Source: Podarcis muralis
Taxonomy: Eukaryota
Length of the DNA stretch: 64,000 bases
NCBI RefSeq assembly: GCF_964188315.1
Contig: NC_135670.1
Coordinates: forward strand, 4,774,001-4,838,000
Direction: 5' to 3'
Part shown: positions 13,801 through 25,746 of the stretch, in pieces
Layout: each line of letters begins with the position of its first letter
Numbering within the stretch: position 1 is the stretch's first letter
Notes under the pieces: generated by a model
Seen by the model: the letters and a program-made list of their open reading frames with translations, nothing else
Database searches by the model: none
Told to the model about the DNA's origin: nothing
Made by a program: the position numbers and the translations under genes

Positions 13801-15351
13801 GACTTCACTCCCCGGAAAAAGTATGGATATAGAGATGGTTACCTAAGCAAACATAAATGAAAAACCAAAATATAATTAAGCTGCCTTAAAATGAAAAGGT
13901 GAGATAATAATTTCGCAGCCCATCAGTTATAACCACACTGGGACCTTCAACGGGTGGGCTCTATGCATGGAGCCCCCTCCCCACCCTCACCTTCATAAGT
14001 GTGTTTCCATATCACCCTCATAACCTCAAGAAGCCCCTCCCCTGACCCTAGAAAAAGAGGTCTCCACCCACCAGCCCTATTGCCCCCAGAGGGGCTTTTG
14101 CCCCCTCCCCCACTCCAGGCCCCACAACCCTCTACAGGTCTACTCAAACTGAGCTTACTCCACCCATGGAAGTGGGTGGAAGTTTGCCCCTTATATGAAC
14201 AAAACCAAACCAAGCAAAACACTGTGATCTCCGATTTAAAATGAAAGAAAGTGGGAGTAACAATTTTGCAACCTGTCATTAATTCCCTGCCCCCTTCTTG
14301 CCTGGGGCCTGCAAAGGATGTGCTTTGCACATGCCCCAGATTCCTCTTTCCCCTCCACCAGAATCTGTGAGCAAGGCTACGGATCTCTGCCTCAAAATGA
14401 AAAGGTGGGCCTCCTAATTTTGCAACCAAGCGATTCCAGCTAAACATCAGGAATAACTTTCCGACAGGAAGAAGCGGTGAGCTCTTTTCCTTGCAGGTTT
14501 TAAAGCAGAGATTGCGGGGCCACCTTTTGTGGATGCTTTAGTTGAGATTCCTGCATTGAGGGGGTCCCTTCATTCTACATTCTGTGATTCTATGGAAAGC
14601 CCACCCACTTTCTCTTTGAGAGCCTGGGGCCAGAGCCTTCTCCCCTCCACAAGAACAAAAAAAACACGTGAACAAAACAAGGCTATGACCTCTCTGCCTG
14701 CAAACAGGAAATGTGGGAATAATCCTGTTTTTTGTTTTGCAATTTATCCTTCAATCATAACCTTCCTCTCTTTGCTAGGCAGAGACCTACCACGGAAGGT
14801 CTTTCTGCACATGCCCCGGAGCCCCCTCTCCACGTCACCCTCCCCCAACCGGGACCCACTTTCCTCCCCCCAAAAAGAAGAGGGGATTCCCCCCCCCCGC
14901 AGCCCCCTTCCCCCCAAACCAGGAGGCTGGGACCAGGGCCTTCTCCCCTCCACAAGAACAAAAAAAAACACGTGAACAAAACAAGGCTATGATCTCTCCG
15001 CCTGCAAACAGGAAATGTGGGAATAATCCTGTTTTTTGTTTTGCAATTTACTGTTCAATCATAACCTTCCTCTCTTTGCTAGGCAGAGACCTACCACGGA
15101 AGGTCTTTCTGCACATGCCCCGGAGCCCTCTCTCCACGTCACCCACCCCCAACCGGGACCCACTTTCCTCCCCCAAAAAAGAAGAGGGGATTCCCCCCCC
15201 CCGCAGCCCCCTCCCCCCCCAATCAGCCCCCTGCTGACCCAGCCACCAGGATGATGACGCGCAGGGGGTCCCCGGCTACGGTGAGCAGGCAGAGGGCCAA
15301 GGCCGGCCCGAAGGCGATGAAGGTGCAGCCGAAGAACACCGCCGCCCCCAT
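1850..15351 (-). CDS. APH1A: Gamma-secretase subunit APH-1A, coding exons 1-6; final exon not found in window
   Basis: Exons 15351-15239 (113 nt), 10483-10313 (171), 9609-9536 (74), 8074-7952 (123), 5972-5845 (128), 1973-1850 (124), all GT-AG and in phase. They translate to MGAAVFFGCTFIAFGPALAL...AFFWLVSLLLAS...KADEGLVTISEDGRSPISIKQMAY VSGLSFGIISGVFSVINILAD...HTFWGTIFFDACE...TFLNPCYEASLIP...SLRSIVTCLS. The KKADEGL/SEDG loop marks it as A-type rather than APH1B. Confidence 0.97.
2040..2750 (-). mobile_element. L2/CR1-clade LINE 3' fragment
   Basis: RT C-terminal motifs LDYCNALYMGLP..LQLIQNAAARLV and DLHWLPVRFRAQFKVLVLTFK, followed by an (AAT)n tail. Confidence 0.85.
3789..4141 (-). mobile_element. 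Sauria SINE
   Basis: Reverse complement of the GGTAAAGGGACCCCTGACC...AACCCACAGCGCCACCCGCGTCCC family. Confidence 0.9.
4466..4726. mobile_element. Tc2-like MITE
   Basis: TIRs CCATATTTTTTGCTCTATAAGAC / GTCTTATAGAGCGAAAAATACGG; TA TSD. Confidence 0.8.
4931..5266 (+). mobile_element. Sauria SINE
   Basis: Near-full copy with a small internal deletion. Confidence 0.9.
6360..6805 (+). mobile_element. L1-like LINE 3' fragment
   Basis: Degenerate AQKWK..EVPSKEEW..LMEY motif and A-rich tail, shared with other copies. Confidence 0.65.
7315..7925 (-). mobile_element. L1-like LINE 3' fragment
   Basis: ORF 7468..7893 (KCGVVGHMWWDC..FRKQI..ARQVIASNWK) resembles an L1 ORF2 C-terminus; near-identical to 29340-29730. 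Confidence 0.75.
8492..8956. mobile_element. hAT (Charlie-like) MITE, second copy
   Basis: Same TIRs and body as 1225-1709; TSD CCCTAGGC/GCCTAGGC. Confidence 0.9.
10529..11172. mobile_element. Tigger/pogo-like non-autonomous DNA transposon
   Basis: Degenerate CAGTGGTACCTTGG-type TIRs. Related copies at 5281-5437, 28340-28555, 30703-30944, 32069-32312, ~39720-40082, 56692-56917 and ~57950-58078. Confidence 0.7.
12164..12521 (+). mobile_element. Sauria SINE
   Basis: Full-length copy with AAAGGT head repeats. Confidence 0.9.
12849..13106. mobile_element. Tc2-like MITE
   Basis: TIRs CCGTATTTTTTGCTCT; TA TSD. Confidence 0.8.
14628..15220. repeat. Tandem duplication, period ~303 bp, in APH1A intron 1
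   Basis: CAG(A/G)GCCTTCTCCCCTCCACAAGAAC... starts at 14631 and 14934; the two units are near-identical. Confidence 0.9.
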
Positions 15352-15560
15352 CGCTCCGAGAAGCAGCGCCGGAGGCAGCAGGAACCAGGCAGGGAGGGAA
15401 GCTCCGGCAGAGAGCCCGGGCGGGGCCACAGGCGGCCAATGGGAGACGGCGGGGAGGGGGAGCCACGCCCACAGGGAGGGCCGGTCCCGCAGATCCTCAT
15501 GGGAATTGTAGTCTCTCAGGTGAGAGGGACACTCAGGAGCGCGACACTCGCCCCGCCCTC
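15230..15560 (-). promoter_or_regulatory. CpG-rich APH1A promoter/exon 1 region with ZNF143/THAP11-type motif
   Basis: GC/CpG-rich island around the ATG. The minus strand at 15500-15512 reads ACTACAATTCCCA, a known housekeeping-promoter motif. Confidence 0.7.
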
Positions 15561-15689
15561 AGCTCCATAGATGTGTGAATAGTGTAGAGGGGACCTCCTC
15601 TAAAGCTAGATAGATATTCTTTATAGATAGAATGATATATAATGAGAGAGATAGAATGATATAATGAGATGAAAAAGATGTTGAAATAT

Positions 15690-16220
15690 ACATTTTTTTA
15701 AAAAAAACCAGAAGCATTTTTACTTGGTATTATAGGTCAGGACATTAATAGGCAAGGTGTTAAATTGTTTTTATATGCAACAACTGGGCAAGAGTATTGT
15801 TAGCCCAGAAATGGAAACAAGAAGGAATTCCGACAAAAGAAGAATGGCAGATGAAATTAATGGACTATGCAGAATTGGACAAACAGGAAGGTTTCGAAAC
15901 CTGCGGGACCAGAGATTTACAGAAGATTGGAAGAAGTATATGAGTTATTTGAAGAGCAACGGTAATCAACAAATTACACTAGTAGGACTACAAGACGTTT
16001 TGTAAGGAGAAACATACGAAGCGTTACAAAGTAGAAAAAGATAGAGATATTGGTTATGAGTTTGAAATGTAATAGGGGAAATAAGAAATGCATACTGAGA
16101 GATTAGATTGGAAAATTTTCAGACAGGATTGATGGAAGTCAAAAATTTGAATAAGATGTAAAAGTATGTTTAATTACTGTTGAAAATTATATGTTAAAAA
16201 AACTAATAAAAATATATTAA
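15690..16220 (+). mobile_element. L1-like LINE 3' fragment
   Basis: KKPEAF.LGI-type ORF2 C-terminus; near-identical to 50721-51288. Confidence 0.75.
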
Positions 16221-16619
16221 AAAGATAGTCTTTATAGATAGAATCAATAGATACTGATATGCACACTTAATAAATAATTATTATTATTTTGCTTTTGAGT
16301 GCTTTATTGATTGAAAACTTTATAACAGAAGTGTACAATAGAGATTATAGGTGAAATGATAAATAAAAAATAAACGGTTATTCATTCTTTAACTAATGCT
16401 CGCTTTGTACTGTACATCCATTTGTGATTTAATTTGTCAAGACCTCTGATCTTGCACTCCCGAATTAAATTCCTTAAGTACGTGCTTAAACTTTATTTCT
16501 GCAAATTATTTGGCTTACAATAATTTTATTTGATACAATTATCCTATTTACATACCAAAGCTCAGTCAAAACCTGCCAACGGCACACTTAATAAATAGAT
16601 ATAGGTAGATACTGATAGA

Positions 16620-16978
16620 TAAAGGTAAAGGTAAAGGGACCCCTGACCATTAGGTCCAGTCGTGGCCGACTGTGGGGTTGCGGCGCTCATCTTGCTTTAC
16701 TGGCCGAGGGAGCCGGTGTACAGCTTCCGGGTCATGTGACCAGCATGACTAAGCCGCTTCTGGCGAACCAGAGCAGCTCACAGAAACGCCGTTTACCTTC
16801 CTGCCGGAGTGGTACCTATTTATCTACTTGCACTTTGACATGCTTTCGAACTGTTAGGTTGGCAGGAGCAGGGACTGAGCAATGGGAGCTCACTCCTTTG
16901 CGGGGATTCGAACCGCCGACCTTCTGATCGGCAAGTCCTAGGCTCTGTGGTTTAACCCACAGCGCCACCAGCGTCCCA
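16620..16978 (+). mobile_element. Sauria SINE
   Basis: Full-length copy. Confidence 0.9.
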
Positions 16979-17524
16979 TATTGATAGATAGCTACTGATA
17001 AATAAATAAACAGATATCGGCAGATACTGTTAATCATAGAATCGTAGCATTGGAAGGGACCCCGAGGGCCATTTATTTCAACCCACCCTGTCATGCAGGA
17101 ATCTTTCACCCCATGTGGGACTCAAACCCACAACACCTGAGATTAAGAGCTTTGTGGCTCTAAGAATAGATGATACATATTAACCGGATACTCTTAGTAG
17201 GTCGGTAAATACCAATAGAAAGTTGCTCTTCACAGGTTGATAGAAATGGACAGATAAAACAATATTGATACTTTTTTAATAGATAAGAAGATGCTGGTTT
17301 TCTTTGCAAATGGAGATTGATAGATAGCAATGGATAAAAGAGATATAGAGACAGACAGAGCCAGGGTGCTGTAGCATCAGACTAGGAGCCGGATTCGAAT
17401 CCTCCCGCCTGGCCACCATGAAGCTTACTGGGTGCAAAGGAGCCAACTCCCAGGGGGCCGAGGGGTCTTTGCCTCCCCAATAAAATATTTGAGAAGGCCG
17501 GGACCCCCAAAGTTGATGGGCTCT

Positions 17525-18255
17525 TGTTGTTTAGTCGTTTAGGCGTGTCCGACTCTTCGTGACCCCATGGTCCAGATCATGCCAGGCACTCCTGTCTTCC
17601 ACTGCCTCCCACAGCTTGGTCAAACTCATGCTGGTGGCTTCGAGAACTGTCCCACCATCTCGTCCTCTGTTGTCCCCTTCTCCTTGTGCCCTCCATCTTT
17701 CCCAACATCAGGGTCTTTTCCAGGGAGTCTTCTCTTCTCATGAGGTGGCCAAAGTCTTGGAGCCTCAGCTTCAGGATCTGTCCTTCCAGTGAGCACTCAG
17801 GGCTGATTTCCTTCAGAATGGAGAGGTTTGATCTTCTTGCAGTCCATGGGACTCTCAAGAGTCTCCTCCAGCACCAGAATTCAAAAGCATTGATTCTTCG
17901 GCGATCAGCCTTCTTTATGGTCCAGCTCTCACTTCCATACATCACTACTGGGAAACCCATAGCCTTAACTATATGGGCCTTTGTTCGCAAGGTGATGTCT
18001 CTGCTTTTTAAGATGCTGTCTAGGTTTGTCATTGCTTTTCTCCCAAGAAAAAATCACGGATCACTGCCTTGCCATGGCGAAGGGGCTTGAATAACTCAGA
18101 GAAGCTATGAACTGTGCCGTGCTGGGTACCCAAGATGGACAGGTCATAGTGGAGAGTTTTGACCAAACATGATTCACCTGGAGCAGGAACCGGCAAGCCA
18201 CTCCAGTATCCCTGCCAAGAAAACTCCATGGACAAAGACAACAGGCATATAAAAG
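17525..18255. mobile_element. Bov-B (RTE) LINE with internal inversion
   Basis: 17525-18051 is the Bov-B 3' end on minus (MTNLDSILKSRDITL..WCWRRLLRVPWTARRSN). 18057-18255 resembles the Bov-B 5' region on plus. AAAGTTGATGG flanks both sides. Confidence 0.8.
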
Positions 18256-18679
18256 TTGATGGACATTGCCATTCAAATGGTGTGTGTGTACCACATCATG
18301 GGATGGATTATGTGGGGCAGCGCTTATACCACCCCCCCTCAAATTATTCCATAATAAAATTAATATTATTGTAAAATTCTCCAGGGATAGAGAAGTATCT
18401 GCTCCCTTGTAGGCAGATAAATGTTTATAGGTAACCTCTTTGAGTGGCACCCTGTGCCAGTCCTACTCAGAGTAGACCCATTTAAGTCGATTAGGCCTGG
18501 CTAGCTTGGCTTCGTTCGTTCTGAACGAGGCGAAAATAACCTAAGGGGAAGGAAAATATAATGAAAATGATGTATAGATGGTATTTGACTCCTGTAAAAT
18601 TAGCAAAGATTTACCGTAACAGTGATAACTTGTGTTAGAAATGTAAAGATAAAGAGGGTACCGTTTATCATACGTGGTG

Positions 18680-19330
18680 GACTTGCCCCAAGGTGAAAGA
18701 CCTCTGGGAAAAGATTTATAATGAATTGAAACAAAATGTTGAAATATACATTTATCAAAAAACCAGAGGCCTTTCTTCTTGGAATAACAGGTTTGGAATT
18801 GCCCAAGAAAGATGTTAAATTATTTTTGTATGCCACAACTGCTGCTCGCATTTTATTAGCTAAGAATTGGAAAACACAAGAAGTCCCAACAGTGGAGGAA
18901 TGGCAGATGAAGAGGATGGATTTTTTTGGAGCTAGCCGACCTGACTGGAAGAGTCCGTGACCAGGAGGAGGAGGAGTACCAGTAAGAATGGAGGAAATTT
19001 AAAGACTATTTAGTTAAATATGTTAAGTTAAATTAATTGGAGATGCTTGGAGATAATAGATAGGCTTAGGATTTAAATAGGTCATGTGATGAATTAATAT
19101 GTTTAATGCTGAATTGGAAAGAAAGAAAGGTGTTAAGTGATTAAGTTAATTTTAAAAGAATATTGGTTTTGGAAAACCGTTAAAATGATATACACTGAAA
19201 TTCAACCAGGGGGATACGAGGCAGTCACTTAACAATGTTACTAAGTTTGGTTTAAATACGGTTGAGATTTATGTTTGTTTGTTTATTTGTTTAATTTTTT
19301 TTGGAAAATCAATAATTTTTTTTGAAAGAA
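18680..19330 (+). mobile_element. L1-like LINE 3' fragment
   Basis: MLKYTFIKKPEAFLLGI..ARILLAKNWKTQEVPT. Confidence 0.75.
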
Positions 19331-21186
19331 AGCAAAAAAAGAAAGAAAGAAAATAACCTAAGGGGAAATCTGATAAAAGCAGAACCGCTTTTTAAAATGG
19401 ATTTATGTCTTGTTCTTCCTCCAAGGAGCTCAGGATTGTCACGTTTTACCAGTGACAAAGGCGGAAAGAAATGCACAAATAAACAATGTTGCGAAAGGGA
19501 GAAATCTAGGAACAGCCCAGCAACATATATGCAAAATTATTCACATACCAAAACCACATTTTTTTTAAAAAAATTAAAAGGTAGTAAGTGCATAAACAGG
19601 GATTTATTTATTTTTTAATGTCAAGTTTTAATGTATTGACTAGCTATTTTGTTATGTCCCGCTGTGTACTCTGGACCAGGTCACTGCAAGTTAAACTCAA
19701 AATCATATATATATATAAATATTACTGATAAGTGAATATAAAAAACCAACAACTCTCCATTTCCTAATGAAACCATAAATAAATGTCAAAAGTTGGTGAG
19801 GGAAATAAATAAACAACCTCCAATGTCCAAATTCTTTGGTTTACGTTTAAATATATTGCTAATGTCTCATTTTAAAAGACATCGTTGATTGTCCTTTTTT
19901 CTTTCTTTCTTTTTTTTGCTGTGGTTGCTTTGAAAACTCCATAGCCTAAATTAAACTGAAACTGAAAAGATTATTATGTTTTGGACTATTACGAATTTAT
20001 AATTTTAAGTACTTGTTTGTCTGGTATGGCCTGTAAAGAGAAAAACAACCAAATAAGATGTTTTGTGCGACAGACTGAGGTAACTGAGGGAGCAAAGATG
20101 GCCGACACAAAGCCAAAAAAGGCGGGAAAATGAAAAATGGGGTGTGTTTTTTTGCAAATAGCAGAGTCAGACTCAAACAGAAGACAAACTGTGAAGCAAA
20201 TCAAGTTTATTACAGAAAAAAAGCAATACCCAAAAGCTGAAAATATGCATGTAAACCAAACAAAAATTAAGACACACTTTTTAAAGAAACACTTGCAAAA
20301 CTCAGAGGCATCGCTGGGTTTAACAATATTCTGGGCAAAAGTTGTTTCTTGTCAGCTCATGGATTTGTTGATGAAACACTGTTGGCACTTACAAATTTCT
20401 CAAAGCAGCTAAATTGAAAATTAAAGCCGATTCTGTCTACAGGCCAATAATTTAAATTCAAGACAAAACGCCTTAAGGAAGAAAGGGGAGGAGGGTCTAT
20501 TGCGTGCATTGCTGGATTTGACGACAATTAATTTGATTATTTTAACAGTTTCTGCTTTTTTATTATTATTAATAGTGTAGCTTTGGCTGCTCTGAGCTCA
20601 GTATGGAGGGCTCTGAGTAAAGTTTCTTTTTATTCAGAGATTTGTGGAAGGGCTTATTTCTGAGAAATATCAATACCCTACGTCAACAAGCCTCCCTCTT
20701 TGCTTGTGTGATTTGTTCAGTGCAAAACTTTCTCAGAATGGTAGAAATTTCTTGAACCACCTCCTCCCCGTGTAGAATTTTGCAATCTGATGTCAACAAG
20801 CCACAAATGCACAGCAAAAGTGGCTCAGAGTTAGGCACAGCAAATGTTTTTTGACACAATTGCCCCCATGGCATCATCACACCTCAAATTCCTGCTCTTG
20901 CAAAAAGCCACAGTCTCCCCCAGCCCACAAAATGCAAAATTGCCCCGTTGTGGTCCTTGAGAGAGATAAGATCTCCATGTCTCAAAAGCTCTTGCATTGG
21001 TCACAGCAGGTTTGCCACAGAGAGAAGCAAAAGGCAACAGACGTTACATCTTACATTCGCTGCTTTTTATTTTTATTTGTGGCCACCTGCAGAGAGTGTC
21101 TGCATTTTGCAAGAGGCATTCAGCTGCCTGCTGGAAATGAAGTTTTGCACAATTGAGAGAGATAAGGTGCTCTGGGACAACAAATC

Positions 21187-21224
<38 letters not shown>

Positions 21225-21322
21225 ATATATATTCCTCCCAAATCAGAGTCTAGCAACTGATGCTTCTCAGACGTCCTTCAAAATTTTGGATTTCTTCCCT
21301 TGCACTGTTGGTCTTCTCTTCC

Positions 21323-24300
21323 TCACATCTTAGGTCTTGCCTGAAAGACCAGCTGGCCATAGGAAATTTCATCCTGTTATAAAATTTGGAGGAGAGGGCT
21401 GTTAGTTGCTTGATGGCTTAAACTCAATGCCTTTTTGGCCATGTGAGAAGCATCCAGACCTCTCTGTCTCCGTTTCTCATTTTTCCAGTTTTAAATACAG
21501 TTCTCCACATCTAGGGAAGCTTTTAATGTCTGATATTTTATCACTTTATTAATATTATTATCATTAATTCTTTGGGGAGCTGCCCAGAGTGGCTGGGGAA
21601 ACCCAGCCAGCTGGGTGGGGTATAAATAATAAATCATCATCATCATCATCATCATTTCTGCAGCGATTTTGTGATTTTTTTATTTAAAAAAGCTTCATGA
21701 AAACCATACAACATTTTAGTGCAGATTTCATTTTGTATGCACTTCTGACTCATGAACAGATTTTCTCAAGTAATTATCCCTAATGGGATGCATTTTTGTA
21801 CATTATTTTCATAAATATATTCCTGTTTGTGAACATTGTTTGGATGGAGAACAACATTGCAAAATTTTGGGAAGTGCAAACTTCAAAGGTTGGCTGTGTT
21901 TCAGTTCTCATAGTGTTTCAGGAAGTGCAAATTTGATAGTTCTGAATTTAATGCAAACGGAATCAAATTTATTCCCCATTCCTATCACCCATCTATATTT
22001 TTAAAGGAGCCCTTACCTGTATTTCCTCTGAAGGAGGAGGTCCAGAGATCTTGGTGTGACACCCTTCGGGAGCAAAACAGTTTTACTATATTTGATTATT
22101 AAACAAATTTAACACACAAGCAGACATATGTGCTATCATTAACAACACATGACACACTTTTAAAAAAGGCTTTAAGATGTGTTTTTTTCTTGAATATTGT
22201 CGAGGGCTGCCAAAAAGTGGTTGGACCACCCTGATACACACACACAAATTTAATATTTGATTTTTACAGTATTTTCTTATGCACATTTTGCACTGTTTTA
22301 TACAACTGATTTTTGTTGATTAAGTGATATATATATATCTTGCTAATTAAAACATAAAACAAATAGTGCGAAGCCCCGGCTGCCTTGTGCACTACAGGCA
22401 GCAAAATTTCATTTTGCCCTCTGTGTAAAGAGACACTGGCATAGGGCATATTGTCATGGTTCTTTCCCGGGGTGCAGCTCCTCATATTACCTGGGCCAAT
22501 TCGGATCCAAATAAAACTCAGAAAGATGAGCAGTGATGCCAACACTCCAACGACAGCAAACGACACTCTGTAGACTTGGCAGTTCCCGTTATCATCTGTG
22601 GAAGAAGCTTTCAAAAAAGGAGAGAAAGAATATATTAAAAAAAAACCCAGCTTTGCTTACTCAGGAATTTCTGCTGTCGACAGAAGACAACACTGCATCA
22701 CTCACATGCATTGAACATGGCGGTCCTTTTCACGCTGGTGCTGGAGGAGTTGAACCTGACTTCGCAGGTGATATTTCCCCCACCGCTGTGTAATTCCATG
22801 GGGAAGCGAAGGAGACTGACGAAGGTTAAGGACCCACTGTTGTTTTTTCCTAAAAGGGTCCAGGCCTCATGAGGGAGACCTCCCGGGACGTCCCAGGAAA
22901 CCTGGACTAAGTTGCACGCTCCATGGACCACGCAAGCGAGCTGGTTTTCCAGCTGGGAAGACGGGCCTTGCTTAGAGGGTTTTAAAAGCATCACCCGGGT
23001 GCTCGGGGTATAACTGTCTGATGAGAAAAAAATAGGGAGAGGAGAGATTCATCATTGCATAATTTCATCCACCTCTATCCTGCCCTCTCTTATTTGCCCT
23101 TTCTAAAAACTAAAAAGCACAAACTCTCCTCCTACATCCTCTTCTGAACCTTTACTGGCTCTACAATATCCCTTTTCAGGTCAGGTAACTGGAACTGTAC
23201 ACAGTATCCCAATTGTGGCTTGCATGAGATATTTGTGTCATGCAATTATGATGCCGGCGGTTTTAATTTCGATCCATTCCTAAGCATCCCTAGGGTGGAT
23301 CTGCCTTATGGAAAGCTGCATCTAGGTCAGGAGGTTTGGGGTGAGGCCCCCTTAAATGGTATGGGGAAGGGCTGGGTTAATGTTTTGCTCCTGCAAAGGC
23401 CAGAGCAGTTTCTTAGAGAGAATCGTAGGAAACAGCCGTGCAGTTGAGGGATGTGAAAGACCCTCCATGAGATTCTTGGTGCCAATGGAGGCCGAACGAG
23501 GCTGGTTTCTGATATTTTGTGACAGGATGAAAGGCTACTAAGAGTGGGGCTAGAATTCAACAACAGCCTTGCCTGCAACATATGAGATGATCTTGAGAAC
23601 GGATGCTAATTTAACTGCACCACTCAGTGGTTCTAGTGCAAATCTCAGACCTAATCTCTTACCTCCAACAACCAGTAGGCATAATCCTTTGTTGACATTA
23701 TAATTTGTTGTGACACAGAAATATATGCCAGAATCCGACCTCTGGACATTCAAGATCTCCAGCACTGAGTTTTGACTGTAAGCTTCAGCTCTGCAGACAA
23801 ATCTGTCCCCGGTTTTTCCATCGTTACAACGTTTAACTAAAACTGGCAATCTGCTTTCTCTTCTTTTATACCAACTGAATGATAATCCGCCATCCTCAAT
23901 TTTTTCGGCAGAAGTGCACGGAATCTGTGCCGACTCTCCAATACCCACAAACTGGAACCTCTGCGTTGGATACAGGAACGAAAGGTGGGCTGGAAGCACT
24001 GTGGAGGGGAAACGCCACAAGGACCGTTAACGGCTGCAGTTTTGCACCCCAGTCTTTTCCCGTAAAAAGATAAAACACCGCTCAAGGATCTCTACATTGC
24101 CCTGTGACTGAAACATTAGAAATCAGATGCACATTTAAGGAAAAAGTGGGAAATGTTTTACCAAAACTACAGAAAGTTTCAGAGTCTATAAAAAATATTC
24201 AACAAAATCGCTTTCTCAGGCTTTAAGATTTGGGCAAAAGCAGCAGAATAAATCTTACCTGCGGAGGACAAAACAAGGTATGTGGTCAACAACATTGCTG

Positions 24301-24337
24301 AAAGTAGCGGCAGCAGCCAGAAGTCCAGAGCCCACAT
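21323..24337 (-). CDS. Gene A: non-rearranging VJ-C1 IgSF receptor, type-1 chain, ITIM-bearing (PRARP-like), 309 aa
   Basis: Leader 24337-24259 (MWALDFWLLPLLSAMLLTTYLVLSSA); V 23998-23663 (QIPC..FSWYK..DSGIYFC); C1 23017-22706 (LACVV..VSW..ITCEV); CP/TM 22595-22491 (YDDNGNCQVYRVSFAVVGVLASLLIFLSFIWIR); tail exons 22063-22017 and 21373-21323 (DEISYGQLVFQARPKM*). Total 930 nt, all phases compatible. Confidence 0.88.
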
Positions 24338-24420
24338 CAAATGTGCAGCAGCTTCAGTGGAAAAGGTTTAATGTGACACCAGCTTCTTGCCAGAGAACCA
24401 CCTTCATGTGGGCGTTGCAG
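24338..24420 (-). promoter_or_regulatory. Conserved proximal promoter/5' UTR of type-1 gene A
   Basis: CGCCCACA..GGTGG..GCAAGAAGC..CACTGAAGCTGCTGCACAT upstream of the ATG, shared with B and C. Confidence 0.55.
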
Positions 24421-24479
24421 TGGGGTGATGGGGACCATTGAGAAAGGTCAGCAGGGCTTGTGATAAAGTAAAGGCATTC

Positions 24480-24960
24480 TGGGAATTGATCTAACGAGCT
24501 AAAAAAGATGTTTAGATATACCTTCCCCAAAAAGCCAGAAGCATTTTTGCTGGGTTTGATGGGAGAGGAAATTGCTAAGACTATTTCTGTACGCCATGAC
24601 AGCAGCAAGAACTTTATTAGCTCAAAAGTGGAAAGTGCAGGAGTTGCCAACGACTGAGGAGCGGCAGACAAAGATGATGGACTATGCAGAATTAGCCAAG
24701 CTGACCAGTAGAATCCGGAACCAGAACGACCAAAAGTTTCAAAGAGGCTGGAGTAAATTTATTGGGTATATGAATAATTGTTGCAAAAATGTGAAGACAC
24801 TAGCGGGATTGAAATAAATCCTGCAACGAAACCTAAAACATTTTATAACTTTCTAGACCAAAGAGACAGAGTTGACTATAAGGAGATAAAGGTCAGAAAT
24901 AGAGGTTTTAAAGTGCAATATAAAGACCTGAAAACAAAAAAACAGTTGAAGGAGTGGAAG
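24480..24960 (+). mobile_element. L1-like LINE 3' fragment
   Basis: LFLYAMTAARTLLAQKWK..KMMDYAELAKLT. Confidence 0.7.
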
Positions 24961-25385
24961 AAGAAGAAGAAGAAGAGTTTGGATTTGATATCCCGCCTTT
25001 CACTCCCTTTAAGGAGTCTCAAAGCGGCTAACATTCTCCTTTCCCTTCCTCCCCCACAACAAACACTCTGTGAGGTGAGTGGGGCTTAGAGACTTCAGAG
25101 AAGTGTGACTGCCCCAAGGTCACCCAGCAGCTGCATCTGGAGGAGCGGAGACGCGAACCCGGTTCCCCAGATTACGAGTCTACGAGGGAAGTCATGAGCT
25201 CGACAGAGCAAAGAGTATTTTTATTTGCTATTGTAATGTTGGGAATAGTGTGTTAAGAAAGAAATTAATAAAAATTATATGTAAAAAAATAAATGAGAAA
25301 GGTCAACAAGGAGGAATCACTCCCAGAAAGCCCCTAAACAGCACTCCCGGCTTTATTCAATGCCCTGTTATTGCCTAAATGTGTA

Positions 25386-25746
25386 GGTAAAGGTAAAGGT
25401 AAAGGGACCCCTGACCATTAGGTCCAGTCATGACCGACTATGGGGTTGTGGCACTCATCTCGCTTTACTGGCCGAGGGAGCTGGCGTACAGCTTCTGGGT
25501 CATGTGGCCAGCAGGACTAAGCTGCTTCTGGCAAACCAGAGCAGCACACGGAAACGCCGTTTACCTTCCTGCTGGAGCAGTACCTATTTATCTACTTGCA
25601 CTTTGACGAGCTTTCAAACTGCTAGGTTGACAGGAGCTGGGACCGAGCAACGGGAGCTCACCCCGTTGTGGGGATTCGAACCACCGACCTTCTGATCAGC
25701 AAGTCTTAGGCTCTGTGGTTTAACCCACAGCACCACCCGCGTCCCT
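25386..25746 (+). mobile_element. Sauria SINE
   Basis: Full-length, diverged copy. Confidence 0.88.
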
